NCBI GenBank assembly: GCA_942493095.1
Contig: OW818675.1
Span: 2,970,001-3,002,000, forward strand
Origin: Candidatus Electronema halotolerans
Lineage (GTDB): Bacteria; Desulfobacterota; Desulfobulbia; Desulfobulbales; Desulfobulbaceae
Reading direction: 5' to 3'
DNA length: 32,000 nt
Shown here: positions 16,001-23,572 of the stretch, piece after piece
Position numbering within the stretch: the stretch's first letter is position 1
Layout of the letters: each line of letters begins with the position of its first letter
Position numbers and translations under genes: made by a program
Notes under the pieces: model-generated
The model's input: the letters and a program-made list of their open reading frames with translations, nothing else
Databases searched by the model: none
What the model was told of the DNA's origin: nothing

Positions 16001-17088
16001 GCAACCTGCACTTCCCCTTTTTTGTTGTCCAACAGCTCATGGCAGGGCCGCCCGCCGCGCTTGGGACTTTTCGGCTGCCGCCGCGAAATCAGGGGCAGGC
16101 CGCCTGCCGGGCCGAGACAGCAGCGGGCGGAATGCCAGTACGGGCAGCCTTCCCGGAGCATGGCCTGCCGGGCAAGAGCGCAGGCTGCGGGCACAGTTTC
16201 CTCAAATTGCAGGGCCTGATAAAAATGCTGGGCAAAACGGGTCGCGTCCTCGTCTGCTACAGCTCCGTCCCAGCCGACAAGATTGGCAATACCGAGGCGG
16301 GCCAGTTCAACCAGCAGCGAACGATGGTCGCGGTGTTCCGCGCTGTGGCAGGCTGAGAGAAAAAGAGTGCTGAACTGGTCGCGCAGGGGAATGAAATCAT
16401 GGGCCGTCGCAGGCAGGAGGCCGAATTGCCGGTCTTCGAGATGCAGGACAAAACCGCGTTCCGGGTCAAAGCTGCCGTGACAGGAAAGATGGAGGACATC
16501 GCAATGAGCGGTGTCAAGAAGGCGACTGCGCAGCCCGTCCAGACTGCCGGATTCATCGACAATCAGATTGAGCGTGCGACAGGTGCGGGCAGCGGCGAAA
16601 ATGGCCCGCTCTTCCGCTTCATAGCTGAGACCGCTGCTCAGTTCCGGGTCAGCGGCCATGAAAACTAAGGTCAGATCGCGGTATTGCGGCTGGCGCAATG
16701 TGGGTGCTGGTTGACCAGCGCGCCGGAGCACTTCAAAAGGCTGAGGAGCAGCAGCAAGAAATTGGCTGTCTGCGGCGAGAATCTCCCACGGCAGCCGCAG
16801 GAGCAGTTCGTCATCATCTGCCTCAGCAAGAACAATGAGCTGCCGCGTGCCGGGCGCATCCAGCCATTGCCGGAGAAGCTGCGGATTGCCGTTGAAAATT
16901 AACTCAGCCAGCCGTTCACCAAGTGCAAGCAGGGCGGCGTTGTCTCCAGATTGACGCAGGTCGGCGTAGGTTTCGTAGCAGTCCTCTAACCCGCTGCGCA
17001 GTGCATCAGTCAGGTCGATGGACAGCGGCGGCTGGCTGGCAAGGTTGAGGAGCAGATTGTTGTCAGCAAGCTGAAGCGTCAGATTCAT
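13099..17088 (-). CDS. CHAT (caspase-like) protease - STAND P-loop NTPase - TPR repeat protein (NLR/Avs-like tripartite architecture)
   Basis: 1329 aa.
- CHAT-type catalytic dyad contexts: DVLHLSCHGSF (His204, nt 16479-16477) and TLFLSACHSAE (Cys247, nt 16350-16348).
- NTPase: FVGRR...PVLLYGIGGTGKSSLAARIV (Walker A, residues 392-399) and QPIVLVADDLEQ (Walker B).
- A helical region of about 450 aa.
- A C-terminal array of 35-aa TPR-like repeats (DYAAAEAMYERAVEADPNHANNLGNYA.FL..QKQ). Confidence 0.9.
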   Translation of the reverse strand: MNLTLQLADNNLLLNLASQPPLSIDLTDALRSGLEDCYETYADLRQSGDNAALLALGERLAELIFNGNPQLLRQWLDAPGTRQLIVLAEADDDELLLRLPWEILAADSQFLAAAPQPFEVLRRAGQPAPTLRQPQYRDLTLVFMAADPELSSGLSYEAEERAIFAAARTCRTLNLIVDESGSLDGLRSRLLDTAHCDVLHLSCHGSFDPERGFVLHLEDRQFGLLPATAHDFIPLRDQFSTLFLSACHSAEHRDHRSLLVELARLGIANLVGWDGAVADEDATRFAQHFYQALQFEETVPAACALARQAMLREGCPYWHSARCCLGPAGGLPLISRRQPKSPKRGGRPCHELLDNKKGEVQVASRETFVGRRWQTKEALQAFAEQRPVLLYGIGGTGKSSLAARIVDRLEPRCKAAVLYRHYQAIDLLEVLQDAARDAEIDFAGLLAKVQADPGRLKGILLSLLEGIFDQQPIVLVADDLEQHILEPLPTQGDKAEVKREYQPVFKALIEAFAEADTDSRLLLTSRCCFTLRNRHGEDLCAKLRAINVPDMTVAEQEKHWLALLQRDGSQERDKVQDAQYLERIFAAAQGNPGLQAVLFPPLLKGELAALDSALQRIAASQAELEAASPADEVDKYFQRIALEVYSRALRNSEREFLRLLTLFEVPVPEELLLQAGPKAGIADPAAALQRLDNFGLLCHWQGRDVDGHISCYGLARKVVEPLGREDRNFLAKICAPLLWRIWFKDFLAEYAVPETETLKESIDFIRANHFSAEYAGELPLSSETDQRRIAALHRLCIRNCAADWEEIGFDADTFINYLELSLSLHVFEKLRVSGYALEGLSVFQFTELYKVFDEERDKKKKEAEKESQGILFLMFSQFSGRGELLRQAYFLYFGELDKTTEKLLQDADLADEENRLDTALQLAKTDKERAIYLGNYALFLKNQKQDYAAAEAMYERAVEADPNHARNLGNYATFLWQQKQDYAAAEAMYERAIEADPNHANNLGNYAVFLENQKQDYAAAEAMYERAVEADPNHANILGNYALFLKNQKQDYAAAEAMYERAVEADPNHANTLGNYALFLANQKQDYAAAEAMYKRAVEADPNHANNLDNYAYFLHFQKQDYAAAEAMYERAVEADPNHARNLGRYAYFLHFQKQDYAAAEAMYERAVEADPNHANNLGNYANFLWQQKQDYAAAEAMYERAVEADPKDANNLGNYAKLLFVQGNRSKAVEMLEQAEQHQEKEAPDLAVELAFYRYAHCQPQTLSPLKKLLLDGVRSLGWNLTDNVRRAEQDGHPNPALLAALAEVISGNQPIETLEKFEEWSIVEPDA
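13414..14292 (-). repeat. tandem array of 8 complete 105-nt (35-aa TPR-like) repeats plus a partial ninth, inside the 1329-aa CDS
   Basis: Unit boundaries on the minus strand are 14253, 14148, 14043, 13938, 13833, 13728, 13623 and 13518. The plus-strand string gattcgggtcagcctccac recurs exactly at 13569, 13674, 13779, 13884, 13989 and 14199, with a variant at 14094. This is strict 105-nt phasing. Confidence 0.95.
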
Positions 17089-17118
17089 GCGCGTCTCGTT
17101 ACCCTGCCCTGCATCTCC

Positions 17119-17945
17119 TTATCTGCCCGGTCTGTTGAAATTTTCCTCCAGCGCAGCGATTTCCGCCACCGACAAACCGGTTGCCTCGGCCACGAGTTCA
17201 GGGGCAACGCCCTTCCGCAGCAGATTCTTGGCAATCAGCAGCTTTTCCTTCTTTGCCCCCTCTTTAATGCCCTCCTCAAATTTGGTCTGCTGGAGTTCCT
17301 CTTGATGATATTCCTCAATCATTCTGGCCCGCTCCTCCGGCGACAGCTGATCCCGCCGAATGGCCTCGAACAATTTCTGAATCACCGCCTGACCGTACAG
17401 GCTCTCGTCCACCTCTTCATCAAGGGTGTCGTTGCGTTGATGGCCCGCAGCCATTCTCGGTACGGCTCCGGCGTTGCGTCGGAAACATATTTCGGGCAGA
17501 GATAAATCACCTTATGGGAAAGTTCCTGAAGCGGCTGTCCGGTCAAATCACGGGAATCAAAATCAATCACCGCAATGTCCCGCTGGTGACGGTCGCCAGA
17601 GGTCAGAACTACCACGGTATATACGGTCAAGGGCGGGCGATAATTCTTGGAACTCGCCACTTGCTCCAATAACGCCGCGCAGTGGTAATAGAGAAAGCGG
17701 TCGTAGTGATCGTTGGTTCGGGCGTGCTGAATATCAACAATCAGCCGGTGCTCGGTGTCTTCCGCGAAAAGATCAAAGCGGGGCTTGACATAGCCGAGGG
17801 GCGGATCGAATTCCTTTTCTGTCTCCACATGCTCAATGCTGACAGGCCGACCGATCATATCGCGGGCAAAGGCCGTGAAAATCTCCGGGTCGCAGAAAGC
17901 CTTCTTGAAAACCACTCCGTATTTTAGCGAAGCGACTTGTTTCAT
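17119..17945 (-). pseudogene. Rpn-family / PD-(D/E)XK nuclease family transposase gene split by a frameshift
   Basis: ORF 17382-17945 gives the nuclease core (LKYGVVFKKAF...FDLFAEDTEHRLIVDIQHAR...YYHCA...) and ends ...PEPYREWLRAINATTPLMKRW*. ORF 17119-17454, in another frame, continues with NDTLDEEVDESLY...KEGAKKEKLLIAKNLLRKGVAPELVAEATGLSVAEIAALE, the usual C-terminal HTH tail of this family. The frame switch maps to about 17425-17445. Confidence 0.7.
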
Positions 17946-17977
17946 CTCTGTTCACCGAATTCTGTTGGGAAAATCCA

Positions 17978-18595
17978 TTATTCCTTCCGCATCAACGCAG
18001 GATAATCCTGCCGCAGAAAATTATGCAGCAGCACCAGTCCGGCCTTGGTCATGATGGACTCAGGATGAAACTGCACTCCTTCCACGGCCAAAGTCTTGTG
18101 GCGCAGGCCCATCAGCTCGCCCTGATCGGTGTGGCAGGTTGCTTCGAGACAGTCCGGCATGGTGCTTTCCTCAACCACCAAAGAATGATAGCGCATTCCT
18201 TCAAAGGGATTGGCCAAGCTGGTGAACACGCCCTTGCCGTCGTGGAACATCGGGCTGGTTTTGCCGTGCATGACCCGGCCCGCCCGGATCACTTTGCCGC
18301 CAAAAGCCTCGCCAATGGACTGATGGCCAAGACAGACACCGAGAATGGGAATCTTGCCGCTGAAATGCTGAATCGCGGCCACGGAAATACCCGCCTCCTT
18401 GGGTGTGCAGGGGCCAGGCGAGATCAGCAGGCGGTCGGGCCGCATGGCCTCAAATTCCTGCACCGTGATCTTGTCATTGCGGAAGACCCGGATTTCCGGC
18501 GGCTGCCAGTTTTGCGGCGCATCTGGCGGCGCAGCGGCCAAGGTCTGAACAATATTGAAGGTGAACGAGTCGTAGTTGTCAATAATGACGATCAT
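17978..18595 (-). CDS. trpG: anthranilate synthase component II (glutamine amidotransferase; TrpG/PabA type)
   Basis: MIVIIDNYDSFTFNIVQ...LLISPGPCTPKEAG...PILGVCLGHQSIGEAFGG...HGK...RYHSL...GVQFHPES is a class-I GATase with the Cys-His-Glu triad context. The ATG at 18595 overlaps the trpE stop (TGATG). The track start at 18598 is a GTG. Confidence 0.85.
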   Translation of the reverse strand: MIVIIDNYDSFTFNIVQTLAAAPPDAPQNWQPPEIRVFRNDKITVQEFEAMRPDRLLISPGPCTPKEAGISVAAIQHFSGKIPILGVCLGHQSIGEAFGGKVIRAGRVMHGKTSPMFHDGKGVFTSLANPFEGMRYHSLVVEESTMPDCLEATCHTDQGELMGLRHKTLAVEGVQFHPESIMTKAGLVLLHNFLRQDYPALMRKE

Positions 18596-20079
18596 CACAG
18601 CGGCAGCCCCTGCTCGGCAAGTTCGACAGCCCGGCGCAAAGCGCGGGCCTTGTTGACAGTTTCCTCAAATTCCGTTTCCGGCACTGAGTCGGCGACAATG
18701 CCTGCCCCGGCCTGAATCCAGAGATTATCACCCTGCATGACAAAAGTGCGGATGGTGATGCAGAAGTCCATGTTGCCGGAAAATCCGAAATAACCGACCG
18801 CGCCTGCATACGGCCCGCGCCGGTCCGGCTCCAGCTCGTCAATGATTTTCATGGCCTGAATCTTGGGCGCGCCGCTGACCGTGCCTGCCGGAAAACAGGC
18901 TTCCAGCACGTCAAACTGATCTTTGCCCTCGGCCAGACGACCATGCACGCCAGAGACGATGTGCATGACATGGCTGTACTGCTCGACCACCATCAGGTCG
19001 CGCACCTCAACGTGGCCGCGCTCCGCCACCCGGCCTGTATCGTTGCGGCCCAGATCAACCAGCATCAGATGCTCGGCCCGCTCCTTGGGGTCAGCAAGCA
19101 GCTCTTCGGCCAATGCCGTGTCTTCCTCTGCATTGGCACCGCGCTTTCGGGTCCCGGCAATCGGACGCAGCTCAATCTCGTCATCCTCCAAGCGCACGAG
19201 AATTTCCGGCGAAGAACCGATCAGGAAGAGATCATCCAAGCGGAGATAAAAGAGATAGGGGCTGGGATTGACATGCCGCAGGCAACGGTAGAGCAGGAAG
19301 GGGTCAAGCTGGGTCTTACTCTGAAACCGCTGTGACAGCACTACCTGAATGATGTCGCCTGCTAAAATATGCTCTTTGGCCTGCTCAACCATGCGGCAGA
19401 AGGTTGACTCATCCATGTTGGAGCGGAACTGATGCGGCTCGCAGCCTGCGGAGGACAAGAGAGCTGCTGGCACAGGCTGCCGGAGCTGCTCCAGCACCGC
19501 TTCAATCCGGGCGCAGCCGTCGGCGTGCAATGCCGTAGCGTCCTTGCCTGCCTTTGGCACCACATTGCAGACCACAGTCAGTTTCTGGCCGACTGAATCA
19601 TAAATCAGGACCAGCCGAGGCACGATGAAGGAGGAATCAGGAATATTCATCGGCACATGGCTGTCCGGGATTTCTTCAATAAAGCGAATCATGTCATAGC
19701 CAAGAAAACCAACCAGACCGCCGTAGAAACGAGGCAGGCCCGGCGCAGTGCTGGCATTGAAGACCTTGAGCAGCTCGCGCAGCTCCTTGAGCGGATTGAC
19801 ATTCTCCCGGATTTCCTCCTCCTGGCCGCTGCGGGTCAGCGTGACTTGGCCGCCTTTGGAGGAAAAGGTCAGCAGCGGGTCAAGACCGATGAAGGAGTAG
19901 CGGCCCCATTTTTCCCCGCCGGTCATGGATTCAAAGAGAAAGGCGTGCCGCTCTTTGCCTGCTGTTTTGGCAAAGATGGTCAAGGGTGTTTCCAAATCCG
20001 CGATCACCGTCCGATGCAGCGGAACTAATCCGGCCTGCTCCATCAGCTCAGAGAACGCTTTCAGCTCAGGAAAATACAT
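18595..20079 (-). CDS. trpE: anthranilate synthase component I
   Basis: FLFESMTGGEKWGRYSFIGLDP, ...SPEILVRLEDDEIELRPIAGTRKRG..., LMLVDLGRNDTGRV and GAVGYFGFSGNMDFCITIRT are TrpE/chorismate-binding motifs. The track start at 20085 is a TTG. The first ATG is at 20079 (MYFPELK). Confidence 0.9.
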   Translation of the reverse strand: MYFPELKAFSELMEQAGLVPLHRTVIADLETPLTIFAKTAGKERHAFLFESMTGGEKWGRYSFIGLDPLLTFSSKGGQVTLTRSGQEEEIRENVNPLKELRELLKVFNASTAPGLPRFYGGLVGFLGYDMIRFIEEIPDSHVPMNIPDSSFIVPRLVLIYDSVGQKLTVVCNVVPKAGKDATALHADGCARIEAVLEQLRQPVPAALLSSAGCEPHQFRSNMDESTFCRMVEQAKEHILAGDIIQVVLSQRFQSKTQLDPFLLYRCLRHVNPSPYLFYLRLDDLFLIGSSPEILVRLEDDEIELRPIAGTRKRGANAEEDTALAEELLADPKERAEHLMLVDLGRNDTGRVAERGHVEVRDLMVVEQYSHVMHIVSGVHGRLAEGKDQFDVLEACFPAGTVSGAPKIQAMKIIDELEPDRRGPYAGAVGYFGFSGNMDFCITIRTFVMQGDNLWIQAGAGIVADSVPETEFEETVNKARALRRAVELAEQGLPL

Positions 20080-20091
20080 GATCAATCTGCG

Positions 20092-20130
20092 GAAAAAGAA
20101 AAAGCCACAGAAGCAGTGCGCTTCCGTGGC
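20092..20130 (-). terminator. rho-independent terminator downstream of rpsT
   Basis: The minus strand reads GCCACGGAAGC-gcact-GCTTCTGTGGC (11-bp stem including one G-U) followed by TTTTTCTTTTTCC. It lies about 30 nt after the rpsT stop. Confidence 0.65.
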
Positions 20131-20162
20131 CGACAGTCCTGAATTTGCGGATGCCAGCCGGT

Positions 20163-20435
20163 TCAGGCGGCAGCTGTCATCAGGTTGACGCGCTTGGTCA
20201 GCCGGGAAATCTTGCGGGCGGCAGTGTTCTTGTGAATCGTGCCCTTGCTGGCCGTCTTCTGGATGATCGGCGCAACTTTTTTCAAGGCTTCCTGCGCAGC
20301 CTCGTTTGCGCCTGAGGCCAAGGCATCCTCCAAGTGGCGAATGGCAGTGTGCATTCTTGATTTGTTCATCCGGTTGCGCAGACGGCGCACCTTGGACTGC
20401 CGGTCCCGTTTTGCTGCTGAAGCATGATTAGCCAT
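20163..20435 (-). CDS. rpsT: 30S ribosomal protein S20
   Basis: MANHASAAKRDRQSKVRRLRNRMNKSRMHTAIR...IHKNTAARKISRLTKRVN is the canonical S20 sequence. AAGGAG lies 6 nt upstream of the ATG. Confidence 0.95.
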   Translation of the reverse strand: MANHASAAKRDRQSKVRRLRNRMNKSRMHTAIRHLEDALASGANEAAQEALKKVAPIIQKTASKGTIHKNTAARKISRLTKRVNLMTAAA

Positions 20436-20512
20436 GAAAGCTCCTTGCTGCTTGCTTAATAGTTGAATAAATGGAATGAAACTATAGCGGAACCGCCTGC
20501 GCCTGTCAACAG

Positions 20513-21160
20513 CTATTTGTGCTTTGCGCTGGCTTGTCCGGTCCGGGATTGTTCTGCTGAAACAGAAGCGGAAGAAGACGGCTGCTCCGCCGCCTGTCTC
20601 AGGCCGAGCAGATACTGCCAGAAGCGGATTTCCTCAGCCGTGCTGGGCACAGGCGGCACAACTTCGATCACTGGCACCTCATCAACAGAACGCCGGGCCA
20701 TCTCCGCTGCTGCTGTCTGCCAATCAGCGAAGAGATCAGGAATATCTGTTGCGGCCTGTTTCTTGTCAATCCTGTTTGCACCTTTTCCCGGCCATGTTTT
20801 GACTGCGTCGCCTTCTAAAATCGTGCCGTTCAGGTCAGCTCCAGCCAAGTCGGCTCCGATCAGCCATGCGCCGTGCAGATCAGCATCCCTCAGATTGGCC
20901 GAAGTCAAACAGGTGAAATTGAGCTGCGCTCCAGTCAGGTTCGCGCCCTGCAAATCCGCTTTGGCCAGATTGAGATGATTCATGACCGCGCCGCGCAGAT
21001 CACAGCTTGGACAGGCATTGGTGGTGAGAAGCTGATTGAAATGCTTTTGGATATCAGGGTAAGGCGAACCGAGCAGCTCGGCGCGGCAATGGCCGCCCCA
21101 GAACTGCGCTGCAATAAGCAACCACACCGGACGGAAAAAAATGCGCCCGCAGAACTTCAT
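20513..21160 (-). CDS. pentapeptide-repeat protein with N-terminal signal/anchor
   Basis: The hydrophobic N-terminus is RPVWLLIAAQFWGG. It is followed by consecutive A(D/N)LxG-type pentapeptides: CDLRGAVMNHLNLAKADLQGANLTGAQLNFTCLTSANLRDADLHGAWLIGADLAGADLNGTIL. Confidence 0.8.
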   Translation of the reverse strand: MKFCGRIFFRPVWLLIAAQFWGGHCRAELLGSPYPDIQKHFNQLLTTNACPSCDLRGAVMNHLNLAKADLQGANLTGAQLNFTCLTSANLRDADLHGAWLIGADLAGADLNGTILEGDAVKTWPGKGANRIDKKQAATDIPDLFADWQTAAAEMARRSVDEVPVIEVVPPVPSTAEEIRFWQYLLGLRQAAEQPSSSASVSAEQSRTGQASAKHK

Positions 21161-21185
21161 GCTGCTCTCCCGCCCTGATGCGGCA

Positions 21186-21632
21186 TCAGGGCCAGACCAA
21201 ACTTTTGTGAATCCAGCCAGTGAGCTGTGGATGATGGATTTTCAGCCAGTCTCCCTTCTGCTCAACTTTCTGGAGGATGACATCACGAACCACCTTGCCG
21301 ACCTGATCATAGTCAGTGCCGGGGCCGGAGCGGACATTGCCTCTGCTGACCTTGACGATCACATAAGGGGTGCTGGAGGTCAGCGAGGCATAGATCCAGC
21401 CTTGATCGTTTTCATAATCGCGGACATTGAGCCAGTCTCCCTTCCGTTCCAGAATTTCGAGCGGATACCCGGCAGGCAGTTCAAAAAGCACTGCCGAATC
21501 AGTGGTCGGGCCGGAGCGGAGATTCACTCCGTCCTTGCTCACAGAGACAAACTCAGCCGCTGCCACAACTGAAGCCAGCATCGTCGCTGCCAGCAGCATC
21601 AGCATCACTGCCAGCAGAGTTCGGTGTTGCAT
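21186..21632 (-). CDS. secreted tandem bacterial SH3-domain protein
   Basis: A signal peptide (TLLAVMLMLLAATMLASVVAAAE) is followed by two SH3_3-like units: VNLRSGPTTDSAVLFELPAGYPLEILERKGDWLNVR...GWIYASL and GNVRSGPGTDYDQVGKVVRDVILQKVEQKGDWLKIHH...GWIHKSLV. AGGGGGA lies 6 nt upstream of the ATG at 21632. The track start is 21653. Confidence 0.75.
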   Translation of the reverse strand: MQHRTLLAVMLMLLAATMLASVVAAAEFVSVSKDGVNLRSGPTTDSAVLFELPAGYPLEILERKGDWLNVRDYENDQGWIYASLTSSTPYVIVKVSRGNVRSGPGTDYDQVGKVVRDVILQKVEQKGDWLKIHHPQLTGWIHKSLVWP

Positions 21633-22395
21633 TGCAATCCCCCTTTGTTTCATTATACTGTCCTGATGTGAAATACAATAGAAATTCCTGATTGCCCTTG
21701 GCCCCGCAGACTGCGGCGGCAGTGCTGCGGACGCAGGTCAGACCCAGTTCCTCGCCTGCCCGCCTGATTGCGGTCATGGCCTCCTGATGCAGGCTGCTCT
21801 CCCGGACGATGCCGCCCGCGCCGACCTTGCCCTTGGGCAGCTCAAACTGCGGCTTGACCAAGGCGAGTATCCTCGCGCCGTTGCAGAACAGCGGCAGGAG
21901 CGGCGGCAGCAGGAGCTGAAGCGAAATAAAGGATGCGTCAAGGACGGCAAGGTCCAATGCTTCAGGAATTTGCTCCCGGCTGAGGAAACGGGCATTGGTG
22001 CGCTCCAGAACCGTGACCCGCTGATCTTGGCGCAGCTTCCATGCCAGCAGGCCATAGCCGACATCAACACTATAGACCTTGGCAGCCCCATGCTGGAGCA
22101 GGCAGTCAGTGAAGCCGCCGGTTGAGGCCCCGATGTCAGCGCAGACCCAGCCGCTGGGGTCAAGGGCCAGCTCGCGCAGTCCTCCGGCCAATTTCTCGCC
22201 GCTCCGGCTGACATAGGCGGATGCTTTTTTCCTGAGCCTGATCTCGCAGTCCGCTGCCACTAAGCTGCCCGCCTTGCAGTCGGAACGGGTGTTGACCAGC
22301 ACCTGGCCTGCGCCGATCAAGGCTTGGGCCGCTGCCTGATCCGCAGCCAGACCGCGCTCTGTCAGGAGCAGGTCGAGCCGCTGCTTGGCAGGCAT
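21553..22395 (-). CDS. tlyA: TlyA-family rRNA (cytidine-2'-O)-methyltransferase
   Basis: An S4-like N-terminus (QRLDLLLTERGLA...AQALIGAGQVLVN) is followed by YVSRSGEKLAGGL, the SAM motif DIGASTGGFTDCLLQHGAAKVYSVDVGYGLLAWKLR, and LVKPQFE. Confidence 0.85.
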   Translation of the reverse strand: MPAKQRLDLLLTERGLAADQAAAQALIGAGQVLVNTRSDCKAGSLVAADCEIRLRKKASAYVSRSGEKLAGGLRELALDPSGWVCADIGASTGGFTDCLLQHGAAKVYSVDVGYGLLAWKLRQDQRVTVLERTNARFLSREQIPEALDLAVLDASFISLQLLLPPLLPLFCNGARILALVKPQFELPKGKVGAGGIVRESSLHQEAMTAIRRAGEELGLTCVRSTAAAVCGAKGNQEFLLYFTSGQYNETKGDCNATPNSAGSDADAAGSDDAGFSCGSG

Positions 22396-23534
22396 CAGTT
22401 GTTCAGATTTTCCAGCCGCTCCCGCGCCACCTTGGCCTCACGGCTCCGGGGATGATCAGCAAGCAGCTTGGCATAGACCACCTTGGCCGTCTCCTTGTCG
22501 GTCAGCTTTTCAAAGGCCATGCCCTGCCGCAGCAGAGCCGCTGAGATGTGCGGATCATCGGCATAATTGGAGATCACCTTCTGGTAATCAAGGATGGCCA
22601 AATCATATTCGCCCTGATTGAACAGGCATTCTCCCATCAGATACTGGGCCTTGGCCGCCTCCCGTTTGTCAGGCTGCCCGCCAAGAAACTGCTCAAAGAC
22701 CTTGTAGGCCGACTGATACTCTTTGGCTTTGAAGCGGCTCATGCCCTGCTCCATCAATTTGTCATCCGGTCGGGCGGCAGAGCTGCTGGAACCGGGAATG
22801 ACCACTGGCTCATCATCTTTTGGCTCTTGGTAGTGAACCACTGGAACCACTGTTTCCCCGCCGCTCTCCTTGCGCACCTTTTTACTGTCCGGGTGCAGGA
22901 CGGTTGCAGGGGCTGGCTCAGGCGCTGGCTCAGGCGGGGTCTGGACAGCAAAGCTGCCTGTTCCGCCCGTTTCCGCCTCTTGCAGAGCCAGATCAGCTTT
23001 TCTCCGGGCCGCTGCCGCCCGTTCCGCCGCCTCTTTTGCCCGCCGCTCCGCCGCTCTGGCTTTTTCTGCCGCCTCCTGCACCTTATGCTGGCTGCGTGTT
23101 TCAAGACCGCTTGACAGCTCGTCAATCTTTAGTTCCAAGGAACGGACCAGCTCCTCGTTTGACTTGGCCAACTGGCTGTTTTCGGCCTGCGTCTGCTCAA
23201 TCGCCGCATAGAGCGAGGCGATTTTGTCCTCTGTCTCAGCCTTGTACTGATTGAAACGCTCAAGGTTCTCCTGATTCACCGAGCGGAGCTGCCGGGCCTC
23301 ATCAGCCACAGTTTCCAGCCGGTTGACAGAATTGGCCGTGTCCTTGAGCAGCTGATCCAGAGCTTGGGATTCAACCTCTTTGATTTTTTTCGCCGTCTTC
23401 GACTCAACACTCTTGACCTGCTGATTGACGGTGCGGAGCTGGTAGTTGAGCCGCCGCACATCATCCTGACTTGCGCACTGACAGAGCAGCAGGAGGGAAC
23501 AGCCTGCCGCCGCCGTGATTTTGAACCCGTTCAT
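22395..23534 (-). CDS. cpoB: CpoB/YbgF-like Tol-Pal associated protein (coiled coil + C-terminal TPR)
   Basis: A short hydrophobic N-terminus is followed by a long coiled coil (VRRLNYQLRTVNQQV...LELKIDELSS), an Ala/Pro-rich linker and a C-terminal TPR region (YKVFEQFLGGQPDKREAAKAQYLMGECLFNQGEYDLAILDYQKVISNYADDPHISAALLRQGMAFEKL). It lies immediately downstream of tolB. Confidence 0.7.
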   Translation of the reverse strand: MNGFKITAAAGCSLLLLCQCASQDDVRRLNYQLRTVNQQVKSVESKTAKKIKEVESQALDQLLKDTANSVNRLETVADEARQLRSVNQENLERFNQYKAETEDKIASLYAAIEQTQAENSQLAKSNEELVRSLELKIDELSSGLETRSQHKVQEAAEKARAAERRAKEAAERAAAARRKADLALQEAETGGTGSFAVQTPPEPAPEPAPATVLHPDSKKVRKESGGETVVPVVHYQEPKDDEPVVIPGSSSSAARPDDKLMEQGMSRFKAKEYQSAYKVFEQFLGGQPDKREAAKAQYLMGECLFNQGEYDLAILDYQKVISNYADDPHISAALLRQGMAFEKLTDKETAKVVYAKLLADHPRSREAKVARERLENLNN

Positions 23535-23572
23535 AGCTGATCATATAAGAAAAAATTAACAGAACCGTTCGT

